In this document: piece by piece, positions 5,754-13,939 of the stretch | Position numbering within the stretch: position 1 is the stretch's first letter | Layout of the letters: each line of letters begins with the position of its first letter | Source: a virus | Lineage: Duplodnaviria > Caudoviricetes | Direction: 5' to 3' (one strand) | IMG/VR virus record: IMGVR_UViG_3300020043_002358 | Coordinates: 1-25,299 of that record | Length of the DNA: 25,299 bases | Translations under genes and position numbers: made by a program | Notes under the pieces: generated by a model | What the model was told of the DNA's origin: nothing | Seen by the model: the letters and a program-made list of their open reading frames with translations, nothing else | The model's database searches: none

Positions 5754-6536
5754 ATGAAAACATTAGGTAGAGCAGTAGGGAAACCTGACATTGGTGGCGA
5801 ACCACTACCGTCAGTGTTCAACACCTTCGCTCAAAACAACATTGTGATACGCAGAAGTGAAGTGTCAATGATTGCTGGTGCACCAGGTGCAGGTAAATCA
5901 ACGATTGCTTTAGCGATAGCGTTACGAAGTCAAGTACCAACCCTGTATGTGTCAGCAGATACGAACGCACACACTATGGCTATGCGTTTGTACTCTATGA
6001 TTACAGGTAAGTCACAGCGAGAATCAGAAGTGATACTTTCCGAACGACCCGAAGAGGCACGACAAGTATTATCTATGACGAACCACATTTTCTGGTCATT
6101 TGATTCGTCACCTAACCTTGACGATTTAGATGAAGAAGTCTCTGCGTTCGAGGAAATTTGGGGTGAATCACCAGCGTTGATTGTGGTTGATAACCTTATG
6201 GATGTCGCTATGGATGGTGGTGAAGAGTTCGGTGGCATGAGGGCTGCAATGAAAGAGTTAAAGTTTCTAGCCCGTGACACCAACGCTGCACTACTAGTGC
6301 TACACCATACGAAGGAGTCTTACAACGGTGACCCTTGCCCACCACGCTCAGCAGTACAGGGCATGGTGAACCAGTTACCTGCACTCATCCTCACATTAGG
6401 ATTGACAGCGAACAACATGTTGGGTGTTGCCTCTGTGAAGAACCGTTACGGTAAAGCAGACCCATCAGGTAACAGTCCTGTATGGTTACAGTTCAACGGT
6501 GAGTTCATGTACATTAGTGATACGGAAATCAGATGA
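5754..6536 (+). CDS. DnaB/RecA-fold ATPase (replicative helicase-like)
   Basis: Walker A GAPGAGKS, Walker B LIVVD, LLVLHH, KNRYG arginine finger. Confidence 0.9.
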   Translation: MKTLGRAVGKPDIGGEPLPSVFNTFAQNNIVIRRSEVSMIAGAPGAGKSTIALAIALRSQVPTLYVSADTNAHTMAMRLYSMITGKSQRESEVILSERPEEARQVLSMTNHIFWSFDSSPNLDDLDEEVSAFEEIWGESPALIVVDNLMDVAMDGGEEFGGMRAAMKELKFLARDTNAALLVLHHTKESYNGDPCPPRSAVQGMVNQLPALILTLGLTANNMLGVASVKNRYGKADPSGNSPVWLQFNGEFMYISDTEIR

Positions 6537-6955
6537 CAGATAGGAAGATAGCATGGATACTTTATACGCTTTTATTCGTGATATTGTTGAGCAGTACAAG
6601 CGTCTCATTACAGATAAACCATCAGGCATGGATGAACGAGAACAGACAACATGTCCCTACTGTGGTGGAACCGTTAACGATTAGGCAGAAGGCTAAGGCT
6701 TGGACATTACAGCGTACAGGTAAACGTGAATGGAAATGTGCAGATAACATTATCAAACGTGAATCCCGCTGGATACCGAACCTTTGGAACAGTCAAGGTT
6801 CATCAGCATATGGGCTTGGACAGTTGAAAGAATCATATAGGTGGACTAAGAATCAACCTATGAAGCAGTATGTTAAGGCAATCAAGTACATGATTTATCG
6901 CTATGATACTATGTGCAATGCTTGGAAATTTTGGCAAAGAAACGGATGGTATTGA
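6533..6955 (+). CDS. Membrane-anchored lytic transglycosylase-like (lysozyme-fold) protein
   Basis: N-terminal TM helix; RESRW...N..SSAYGLGQ...YMIYRY...AW...GWY. Confidence 0.8.
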   Translation: MTDRKIAWILYTLLFVILLSSTSVSLQINHQAWMNENRQHVPTVVEPLTIRQKAKAWTLQRTGKREWKCADNIIKRESRWIPNLWNSQGSSAYGLGQLKESYRWTKNQPMKQYVKAIKYMIYRYDTMCNAWKFWQRNGWY

Positions 6956-6956
6956 A

Positions 6957-7049
6957 ATGGGTAGTTGGCAGCCCCGTAAAGGGGATGTGTCTCCACGTAA
7001 GGAGATAATTCCAGAGGTTGACGAATGGGATGAGGAGGAGGAAGAATGA
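6957..7049 (+). CDS. 30-aa peptide with acidic tail
   Basis: Hand translation MGSWQPRKGDVSPRKEIIPEVDEWDEEEEE; ATGA overlap with next ORF. Confidence 0.5.
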   Translation: MGSWQPRKGDVSPRKEIIPEVDEWDEEEEE

Positions 7050-7144
7050 GTTGGATACATGACACACCTGACATGGACTTTTGGGAGTCAATAGATTTTA
7101 TTAATCTCAATGTGGCAGAAGAGGATGAGGAGACAGATGAATAA
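7046..7144 (+). CDS. 32-aa acidic peptide
   Basis: Hand translation MSWIHDTPDMDFWESIDF...; strong GGAGG SD. Confidence 0.55.
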   Translation: MSWIHDTPDMDFWESIDFINLNVAEEDEETDE

Positions 7145-8147
7145 AGCAACCATTCTAGTTGGTGATGCTATAGAAGGATTACGTCAACTACCTAGCGGTT
7201 CGGTTAGAAGTGTTGTCACATCACCCCCATACTGGGGTCTTCGTGACTACGGCAATGCAGGACAACTAGGCCTTGAACCTACGCCAGAGGAATACGTTAA
7301 AAACTTGGTAGCAGTGTTTCGTGAAGTGTGGCGTGTGCTTGCCGATGATGGAACGCTGTGGCTCAACCTTGGCGACTCGTATGCCTCGTTCCGTGATGGC
7401 AAAGCCATACCAGACACCACACGTGGCAACAGCACTGGCACGCTAGTACCCAAGGGCAGTGCAGCCAACAGGATGGCAACAAGTTTCGCCAACTCACCTG
7501 TCAAACACAAGGACCTTGTCGGCATTCCATGGCGTGTGGCATTCGCTTTGCAGGCTGAGGGATGGTATCTACGTCAGGATATTATTTGGGCAAAACCTAG
7601 TCCAATGCCAGAATCAGTAAAAGATAGATGCACTAAATCACACGAATACATTTTTCTATTAACAAAGTTACCCAAATATTTTTACAATAATGAAGCAATC
7701 AAAGAAGACTCTGTTAGTGCTGGAAGTGTAGGAGTTTTAGGTGGACAAAAACCTTTAAACAATAAACCAAAAGATGGAAGCAACGACCCAATGTGGCGTA
7801 ATGGTGATTCTGCACAATGGGGAAGGGTTATAAAAACTGGTGATAAACGAAACAAACGAGACGTGTGGACTATCGCAACTAAACCGTTCAAGGGTGCACA
7901 TTTTGCTGTCATGCCAGAAGCATTAGTTGAACCATGTATTTTGGCTGGTTCAGAAGAAAACGATACTATCCTTGACCCGTTTGCTGGTTCAGGTACAGTC
8001 GGTGTTGTTGCGTTACGCTATGGGCGTAACTTTATTGGATGTGAACTAAATCCAGAATACGCTGCTATTGCGGAGAAAAGGATACTTGAATCTAATCCAC
8101 TGTTTAATCAGATTACTATTTTAGATGGTAAAACAAATGCTAACTGA
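7137..8147 (+). CDS. Beta-class amino DNA methyltransferase (N4-cytosine or N6-adenine)
   Basis: Motif IV TSPPY precedes motif I DPFAGSGT; HFAVMPEAL; start moved to ATG 7137 behind AGGAG. Confidence 0.95.
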   Translation: MNKATILVGDAIEGLRQLPSGSVRSVVTSPPYWGLRDYGNAGQLGLEPTPEEYVKNLVAVFREVWRVLADDGTLWLNLGDSYASFRDGKAIPDTTRGNSTGTLVPKGSAANRMATSFANSPVKHKDLVGIPWRVAFALQAEGWYLRQDIIWAKPSPMPESVKDRCTKSHEYIFLLTKLPKYFYNNEAIKEDSVSAGSVGVLGGQKPLNNKPKDGSNDPMWRNGDSAQWGRVIKTGDKRNKRDVWTIATKPFKGAHFAVMPEALVEPCILAGSEENDTILDPFAGSGTVGVVALRYGRNFIGCELNPEYAAIAEKRILESNPLFNQITILDGKTNAN

Positions 8148-8214
8148 CCTGTTGATACTAGGACTTATGCTTGTCATCTTCGTGTTAGCCATGCACAACT
8201 TTATGGACCACTGA
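8137..8214 (+). CDS. 25-aa hydrophobic peptide
   Basis: MLTDLLILGLMLVIFVLAMHNFMDH; TGATG overlap with next gene. Confidence 0.5.
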   Translation: MLTDLLILGLMLVIFVLAMHNFMDH

Positions 8215-8609
8215 TGGCACTATCAGACTTTGACTTAGATTTGACAGTAGGTCATGCAGGGGAACAGACGGTAGCGAACCTGCTCACTATTGAAACTGTT
8301 GAAGTGAAAACAGATTTACAATGGCGAGACACAGGTAACCTGTATGTGGAAACCCTCTGCTGGTACAACAGTACACAGTCGTGGGAGTTGAGTGGTATCA
8401 ACGTGACGAAGGCAACGCATTGGGCTTTCAACATGGAAGGCATGGTGTTGATTATTGAAACCCATCTGCTTGCTGAGGCATGTAGGCATCTTGGCAGACC
8501 GATTGAGTGTAACATTGAACCTAACCCTAGTCGTGGTGTGTTGATTAAGCCAGAGCAGATTATTCGTCATGTGAAGCAGGTGAAAAGTGAGCACACCAAG
8601 CAAGCGTGA
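8214..8609 (+). CDS. Putative PD-(D/E)XK restriction-fold nuclease
   Basis: GE...EVKTD...TGNLYVE...SGI..TKA.HW pattern. Confidence 0.6.
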   Translation: MALSDFDLDLTVGHAGEQTVANLLTIETVEVKTDLQWRDTGNLYVETLCWYNSTQSWELSGINVTKATHWAFNMEGMVLIIETHLLAEACRHLGRPIECNIEPNPSRGVLIKPEQIIRHVKQVKSEHTKQA

Positions 8610-8659
8610 ACTAAAGAAACGAGTAAGATGTATGGAGTGCGATAGGGAAAGGCATAGGA

Positions 8660-9001
8660 ATGTCCAGAAATCGCAGTAAAATAAAGGGTTCAGCATGGGA
8701 ACTAGCGATAGCCAAATATCTGGTAGAGAAAGGCTGGAAGCATGCTGAGCGAAGGATTGCAGGTTCAACGATAGATAAAGGTGACATCTACGGCATCATT
8801 GGTTGCGTTATAGAAGCAAAGAATGAGAAGAAGATAACCCTATCGGAGTACATGAAAGAGTTAGAGGTTGAGGTTGCTAACGCTAAAGCCACCACAGGGG
8901 TGGCGGTAGTAAAGAAGAAAGGAACCACAGATGTTGGTCAGGCTTATGCTGTTATGCCTGTGGACATGTGGGTTAAACTTATGAAAGAGGCAGGATACTG
9001 A
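8660..9001 (+). CDS. Holliday junction resolvase (Hjc-like PD-(D/E)XK)
   Basis: KGSAWE...DKGDI...IEAKN. Confidence 0.85.
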   Translation: MSRNRSKIKGSAWELAIAKYLVEKGWKHAERRIAGSTIDKGDIYGIIGCVIEAKNEKKITLSEYMKELEVEVANAKATTGVAVVKKKGTTDVGQAYAVMPVDMWVKLMKEAGY

Positions 9002-9177
9002 TGGCAACCTACGTGTACAACTGTCGCACCTGCCAAATCTTTCAAGAGATTGTCAGGTCAATGCACGATATTGAAATCCTACCAGCATGCGAATCCTGTG
9101 GGGAACTCATGAAACGTGTATACTCACCTGCACCAGTGAAGTTCAACGCTCCTGGTTTCTACACGACAGGTGGATGA
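9001..9177 (+). CDS. FmdB-family zinc-ribbon protein (58 aa)
   Basis: Hand translation MATYVYNCRTC...CESCGELMKRVYS...FNAPGFYTTGG. Confidence 0.9.
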   Translation: MATYVYNCRTCQIFQEIVRSMHDIEILPACESCGELMKRVYSPAPVKFNAPGFYTTGG

Positions 9178-9557
9178 TGAGCAAAACCAAACATCCAATA
9201 GCAGTAATCCTTGAACACTACGGTGCTAAGATACCGTTGGGTACAGGATGGATGAAGATACGTTGCCCTTTTCATGGTGATAGCCATGCTAGTGCAACAG
9301 TGAACACAGAAATCAATGCGTTTAAATGTTTCGCTTGCGAAGTAAGCGGAGACACTTATGGTATAATTATGAAACATGAAAGGAAAACATTCCATGAGGC
9401 ATACACTCTCGCAGAAGAAGTCACTGGAATCAGCGGTGACACACTATCAGAGATTCATAGGGCAGGCAGAGGAGTATCTAGCAAGCAGAGGTCTAACTCT
9501 GCAAGACGTGGATATACACCGCCTAGGGGTCGTAGACGAACCACTACCAGGTCATGA
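9174..9557 (+). CDS. DNA primase zinc-binding (CHC2) domain protein
   Basis: CPFHGDSHAS...FKCFAC...GD; start moved to ATG 9174 or 9177. Confidence 0.9.
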   Translation: MMSKTKHPIAVILEHYGAKIPLGTGWMKIRCPFHGDSHASATVNTEINAFKCFACEVSGDTYGIIMKHERKTFHEAYTLAEEVTGISGDTLSEIHRAGRGVSSKQRSNSARRGYTPPRGRRRTTTRS

Positions 9558-10008
9558 AAACTATAAGGGTAGGCTAGTTATCCCTTATCTCACGAAGACA
9601 GGTGTAGTGGATATACGGTTCAGGGCTATGGGTGAATCAGATGTCAAATATCTAGGGTTGCCTGGTGCCAAGACACATCTGTACAATGTGCTATCAACGT
9701 TCAATGCACAGGATGCTATCGCTGTGTGCGAAGGTGAGATAGATACCATCACTCTCAACAAGTGTGGCATCCCATCGGTGGGTGTGCCTGGTGTCAACAA
9801 CTGGAAGAAACATTACACCCGTATCTTGCAGGACTTTGAAACAGTGTATGTGTTCGCTGACGGTGACCAGCCTGGTACAGATTTTGCTAAGAACCTTGCC
9901 CGTGAACTATCCACTGTGACGGTTATCCAAATGCCTGACGGTGAGGATGTGAACAGTGTATACTGCAAGGGTGGACCGAACGCTATACGTCAACGGATAG
10001 GACTATAA
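9394..10008 (+). CDS. DNA primase catalytic TOPRIM domain protein
   Basis: YLASRGL...RLVIPY...VCEGEID...ADGDQPG...EDVN; AAAGGA SD before ATG 9394. Confidence 0.9.
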   Translation: MRHTLSQKKSLESAVTHYQRFIGQAEEYLASRGLTLQDVDIHRLGVVDEPLPGHENYKGRLVIPYLTKTGVVDIRFRAMGESDVKYLGLPGAKTHLYNVLSTFNAQDAIAVCEGEIDTITLNKCGIPSVGVPGVNNWKKHYTRILQDFETVYVFADGDQPGTDFAKNLARELSTVTVIQMPDGEDVNSVYCKGGPNAIRQRIGL

Positions 10009-10326
10009 ATGTCTTGGTGGGATTGTGAACATGGCAGAGCGAACAATGTGTTTCAGTATTTGAAGAACCATGATGAAGGTTTCTATGCCCCGATTGTTTT
10101 CAATCTCCCCGACATAGATTACGAATTGAACCTTTTCTCGTTTCTTGAATCGGTTTATGATAAACTAAATGATGGGCAAGTGGACTTGGCGAAACGACTT
10201 GTTGAGTCTGTTGCAACTCTCATGTATGAAAGTGCAGTAGAAATAGATGAGGGTGCTAAATCGTTACATGAAGAGGTTGAAGAGTTCCTGCGAACATACA
10301 ACGATAAGGATGGTAAAGATGGCTAA
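10009..10326 (+). CDS. Hypothetical protein
   Basis: ORF track; abuts primase stop. Confidence 0.75.
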   Translation: MSWWDCEHGRANNVFQYLKNHDEGFYAPIVFNLPDIDYELNLFSFLESVYDKLNDGQVDLAKRLVESVATLMYESAVEIDEGAKSLHEEVEEFLRTYNDKDGKDG

Positions 10327-10636
10327 GTCTTGGGAAGACTTTCAGTTAGGTGTACGAGATAAATCTGAAGAGGCAGTGAACCTGCTGTTGAAGAAACATA
10401 AGGATTATGGTCCGAAGAACATTGCTAACGCACCTGGTGGTGCAACAATGGGGTTGGCTGTACGGCTACACGACAAGGTGGCACGGCTTGCTCATCTCCT
10501 TGAGCAGGGCATTGACCCACAGAACGAGTCTTTGTATGACACGTTCGTGGACATTGCCAACTATGGGCTGATTGGTATGCTTGTGTTGGATAACATGTGG
10601 GATTCTGAAACCCCTGACAGTGAGGAATACTACTAA
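10319..10636 (+). CDS. Nucleotide-modification-associated domain protein (DUF1599/Nmad1-like, all-alpha)
   Basis: KKHKDYG...RLHDKVARL...ESLYDTFVDIANYGLIG; start moved to ATG 10319. Confidence 0.8.
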   Translation: MAKSWEDFQLGVRDKSEEAVNLLLKKHKDYGPKNIANAPGGATMGLAVRLHDKVARLAHLLEQGIDPQNESLYDTFVDIANYGLIGMLVLDNMWDSETPDSEEYY

Positions 10637-10740
10637 TGAACTTTGATTTGGATACAGCACTTACTGCTAGAGATATGATTGCAGTTGGTTTAGGTTTAGT
10701 TATTGCTTCTGCCATAATAGTTTGGCGGAGAAACAAATGA
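10636..10740 (+). CDS. 34-aa membrane peptide
   Basis: Hand translation ...IAVGLGLVIASAIIVWRRNK; overlaps at both ends. Confidence 0.6.
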   Translation: MNFDLDTALTARDMIAVGLGLVIASAIIVWRRNK

Positions 10741-11498
10741 AACGTGTAGTCGTACTCTCAGACATGCAGGTACCATTGCATGATGCTAGAGCAATCACAG
10801 CAGTAGAAACCTTCGTGCAAGACTGGCAACCAGACGAACTGTATTGTGTAGGTGACGAGGCTGACCAGTTTGAAATCTCACGTTGGGATAAAGGCACAGC
10901 ATTAGAGTATGCTGGAACCTATCAGAAGAACCTTGATAAAACTACAGAGATTATGGCAAGGTTCAAAGGTGCGTTAGGTGACAAACCTTTCCATGTTATG
11001 CGAAGTAATCATGGTGAAACCCGTGTGAACTCGTATCTGAAACGCTACGCTCCTGCGTTTGATTCTTTGCGTGAACTTAAATATGAAAGGCTGTTGGGTT
11101 ATGACCAGTTGGAAATTACATACCACAATCGAATCTGGCAGTTCGCTCCAGGGTGGGCATTGGCTCATGGAGATGAAGGAAACCAGAATCAAACACCTGG
11201 CGGTACGGCTATGGCGTTGGCGAAACGTATTGGGTTATCGGTTGTCTCTGGTCACACACACAAAGCAGGAGTACAGCATTCTCATCAGGGGTATGCAGGT
11301 AAGATTACAAGACCACTCTACGGGGTTGAGGTTGGACATCTTATGGACATGGCCAAAGCCTCGTACTTACCGTCTGGCTATGGTAATTGGCAACAAGCCT
11401 TCTGTATCCTTTACATTCGTGCAGGGAACGTAACCCCTGTAATTGTTCCGATTAATGGTCGTTCATTTACTGTGGAAGGCAGACTATACAAATGGTAA
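10737..11498 (+). CDS. Calcineurin-like metallophosphoesterase
   Basis: SDMQ, GDEAD, SNHG, HGD, GHTH motifs; start moved to ATG 10737. Confidence 0.9.
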   Translation: MKRVVVLSDMQVPLHDARAITAVETFVQDWQPDELYCVGDEADQFEISRWDKGTALEYAGTYQKNLDKTTEIMARFKGALGDKPFHVMRSNHGETRVNSYLKRYAPAFDSLRELKYERLLGYDQLEITYHNRIWQFAPGWALAHGDEGNQNQTPGGTAMALAKRIGLSVVSGHTHKAGVQHSHQGYAGKITRPLYGVEVGHLMDMAKASYLPSGYGNWQQAFCILYIRAGNVTPVIVPINGRSFTVEGRLYKW

Positions 11499-12196
11499 CT
11501 GAACACATCTACGAGTCTTATGCACCTATGGTGAAACGTATCGCATCAGAGTATGCGAACCGTTACCGTATGGTGGATAGGGAAGACATTCAGCAACAAC
11601 TATGGTTGTGGTTTGTTGAACATCCTCGAAAGGTACAAGAGTGGTCGGCAATGGAATTGAAGGATGGGGATAAAATGTTTGCCCGTTCTTTACGGAACGC
11701 TGCCTACGACTTTTGTTTGAAGGAAAAAGCAGTAGTAACAGGATACGATTACAATGATGTGTTCTGGTACTCTAAGGATTTCGTGAAACGTATCCTGCCT
11801 GCTGCTTTGGATGGGGATTGGAAAAAGGTTCAACTGTTTTCTTTTGAAACTAGGAACCCTAAGTCACCTGCCGAATCTGGTGACTGGATGGCGTATGCCT
11901 CTGATGTTCGTAAAGCGTTCAACAGGTTGTCGCAGAAAGAACAGGCTTTAGTTCTTTTGTTTTACGCAAAGGATGTTGATGGTGATACACTACATGAACA
12001 TCTTGGTGAAGATAGACCTTCTGCTAGGGCAACACAGATGGCTGCTAACCGTGCAATAAACAAGATGGTGAAAACATTAGGTGGGTTTCCACCGTATCGT
12101 GAAAGGGATGAGATGACAGTACTACCGATAGAACCATTGAAGGTTGATAATCCGAATGTGGTTCCCGATGAAGATTGGTTTGAAGAAGATGAGTGA
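11492..12196 (+). CDS. Phage sigma70-like (ECF-type) RNA polymerase sigma factor
   Basis: Region 2-like VKRIASEY...DREDIQQQLWLW...LRNAAYDF; region 4-like VRKAFNRLSQKEQ...RAINKM. Confidence 0.75.
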   Translation: MVTEHIYESYAPMVKRIASEYANRYRMVDREDIQQQLWLWFVEHPRKVQEWSAMELKDGDKMFARSLRNAAYDFCLKEKAVVTGYDYNDVFWYSKDFVKRILPAALDGDWKKVQLFSFETRNPKSPAESGDWMAYASDVRKAFNRLSQKEQALVLLFYAKDVDGDTLHEHLGEDRPSARATQMAANRAINKMVKTLGGFPPYRERDEMTVLPIEPLKVDNPNVVPDEDWFEEDE

Positions 12197-12338
12197 GCAA
12201 GACCAGAACGAGTTTATTAAAATACATTTCGATGAGGAAAGAGTGTTGGATTTTGAGTTGATTTCTTTCTCTCAAGGTCGTGATGACATGTTTATTCTTA
12301 TTGTGAAACCTGTAAGGTTTGAGGATAATGACGAATGA
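12189..12338 (+). CDS. Hypothetical 49-aa protein
   Basis: Start moved to ATG 12189; fills the gap. Confidence 0.6.
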   Translation: MSEQDQNEFIKIHFDEERVLDFELISFSQGRDDMFILIVKPVRFEDNDE

Positions 12339-12522
12339 GATTGACCAGAGGGGAATCCCAACCCACCAATGTTTCAACTGTGGTGGCGAATGGTTCAAGG
12401 TATACTGTCGGTTCGAAGATTACGAAATTGCACAGTACATCATTGAGGCGGTTTGTGTTGGGTGCGATAGTGACGTTACCGCTCCTACTCTGGTGGATTC
12501 TCCTACGTTTGAAGGGTCGTAG
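12328..12522 (+). CDS. Zinc-binding protein (RGIPTHQCFNC...CVGC...TAPT)
   Basis: Two CxxC; GAGGA SD before ATG 12328. Confidence 0.75.
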   Translation: MTNEIDQRGIPTHQCFNCGGEWFKVYCRFEDYEIAQYIIEAVCVGCDSDVTAPTLVDSPTFEGS

Positions 12523-12639
12523 ATGATTTGTGTGGACTGCCGTATGGGGGCAGATTATGGTAAGATAGAGTTACACAATAACTGTACTGGCTGTCCATGC
12601 CAGCATAAAGAGAAAGGTAAGTACATTGGCAGACTATAA
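12523..12639 (+). CDS. 38-aa Cys/His microprotein (CVDC...H..CTGCPCQH)
   Basis: Hand translation; abuts previous stop. Confidence 0.7.
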   Translation: MICVDCRMGADYGKIELHNNCTGCPCQHKEKGKYIGRL

Positions 12640-12880
12640 ACAAAACGATTTGTTCACTGAGGTGAGTGTCGCTATCAGCATTGGTCCTGGTTTCATAACG
12701 TTGGCAAAGTTGGATGATATAAAGTTCCTTGCGTCTCAGGCCAACATTCCTCAGACAGCGAAGGTTGAGATTGAACCTGGACAGGTCAGGTTCACCTTTA
12801 GAATCCCGAAGAAGAAGCCATCTAACCTTCCATATCCTGACGGGAAGCAGGAATATAGAAAGTTCGTAACCGAATTCTAA
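12626..12880 (+). CDS. Hypothetical protein (TTG start)
   Basis: GAAAGGT SD; last gene of the + arm. Confidence 0.6.
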   Translation: MADYKQNDLFTEVSVAISIGPGFITLAKLDDIKFLASQANIPQTAKVEIEPGQVRFTFRIPKKKPSNLPYPDGKQEYRKFVTEF

Positions 12881-12886
12881 GGGCAT

Positions 12887-12930
12887 AAAAAAAGAACCCC
12901 CTAACCTTTATCGGGTCAGGGGGTTTTCTT
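12887..12930. terminator. Bidirectional intrinsic terminator between the converging arms
   Basis: A-run, then GAACCCCCTaACC / GGTcAGGGGGTTT stem, then T-rich tail; a second hairpin follows at 12936-12968. Confidence 0.85.
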
Positions 12931-12966
12931 CGCTCAGAATCAATCCTAGAGCCTTCTAGGGGGATT

Positions 12967-13194
12967 CTACAAGTCGTCTTCGTCAGGCTCCATATATAAA
13001 GCCTCAACGGTTTTCTTATTTTCCAACCTCTGAGCATATTCGCCAAGCCCAAGACTGGACAAGACGAACACTACAACGGGTTCCACAGGCAAATCTGGGG
13101 CAACCGCAGTTAATACGATAGCCACAGTAGCCGAAACCCACGCTGTCACACGGACAGGGTTACGGTAAGCAAACTCTTTAAGTCTAGCCAACAT
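12967..13194 (-). CDS. Putative holin (two TM helices)
   Basis: Hydrophobic helices, charged C-terminus, directly after the endolysin. Confidence 0.7.
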   Translation of the reverse strand: MLARLKEFAYRNPVRVTAWVSATVAIVLTAVAPDLPVEPVVVFVLSSLGLGEYAQRLENKKTVEALYMEPDEDDL

Positions 13195-13742
13195 TACTTT
13201 TTACCTTTCTTCGGGGGAAACAATGATAACACAATCTTCTCCACCATCCACTTGTAGTCGGAACCCTGATAATCAGGTCTACCCCAACCAACAATCAAAC
13301 TCTTGTCACGAATCTTCAACGACACGGCACCACCGTTACGTTCATCAGGTGTCTTACCTTTAGGAACATAACCCGTCAGAGTGGTGTTACCTTCAATGCA
13401 GAGAACACTCTTACCTAAATCCTTAACCGCTATCCCAACATGCGAGATACGGTCAACGTTATCGTTAGGGAAATCAAAATAGATAATATCTCCAGCAAGA
13501 ACCTTACCCTTGCTCTTCCACTGCTTACGCACCTTGAAACCCTGAGCACCAGTAGGTGTATACCAAGTGTTATGTAACCTGCCACCAGACTTCTCAAAGC
13601 ACCAGTTAACAAACACACCACACCATTGGATACCATCGGTACCAAAATACTTAGCATACTTCGTTTTGTTTACAGGTTGCTCGGTATAACCGACCTCATT
13701 GAACGCTACCTCAAGTAGCCTTTGCACTGTAACTTTCATCAT
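13194..13742 (-). CDS. Endolysin, CHAP/NlpC-P60 cysteine peptidase
   Basis: EVGYTE...QWCGVFVNW...GDIIYF...SHVGI...IEGNT. Confidence 0.9.
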   Translation of the reverse strand: MMKVTVQRLLEVAFNEVGYTEQPVNKTKYAKYFGTDGIQWCGVFVNWCFEKSGGRLHNTWYTPTGAQGFKVRKQWKSKGKVLAGDIIYFDFPNDNVDRISHVGIAVKDLGKSVLCIEGNTTLTGYVPKGKTPDERNGGAVSLKIRDKSLIVGWGRPDYQGSDYKWMVEKIVLSLFPPKKGKK

Positions 13743-13939
13743 TGTCCTCTATTCACTAACAGTAAATATATTTCATCAACACGCTTCTCAAGATGCACTA
13801 CCTTATCTTTCAATGAACTACCACTGTTCGGTACAAGTTCATGTAAATAATGTTTAACCATCCAACGAATTGCTGACACTAAACTCCCAACTACTGTTAC
13901 TACTGCTACGGCAATACCTGCCCATTCTGTACCTGTCAC
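13739..13939 (-). CDS. Small membrane protein of the lysis cassette
   Basis: N-terminal TM plus PNSGSSLKD coiled coil. Confidence 0.75.
   Translation of the reverse strand: MTGTEWAGIAVAVVTVVGSLVSAIRWMVKHYLHELVPNSGSSLKDKVVHLEKRVDEIYLLLVNRGQ

Larger units (their letters stand above)
28..7138 (+). repeat. Dispersed extended RBS motif GGAG(A/G)(C/T)A(A/G), 12 copies at gene starts
   Basis: GGAGACAA at 758, 1113, 1277, 1492, 1742, 1969; GGAGGCAA at 28, 159; GGAGATAA at 3388, 5227, 5746; GGAGACAG at 7129. Confidence 0.85.

Noticed and set aside
8587-8679. 30-aa ORF MSTPSKRELKKRVRCMEC...
   Set aside because: Possible, with a weak SD and one CxxC, but it overlaps both neighbours and support is too thin to list.
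10319-11498. Hypermodified-base DNA pathway suggested by the Nmad1-like gene, phosphoesterase and glycosyltransferase
   Set aside because: No thymidylate synthase-like, PurZ, queuosine or kinase genes in the window; the glycosyltransferase is a protein-type GT2-TPR in the virion arm.
227-12886. Minus-strand ORFs across the left arm
   Set aside because: Antisense to a fully tiled, coupled + strand gene set; no SDs or recognisable motifs.
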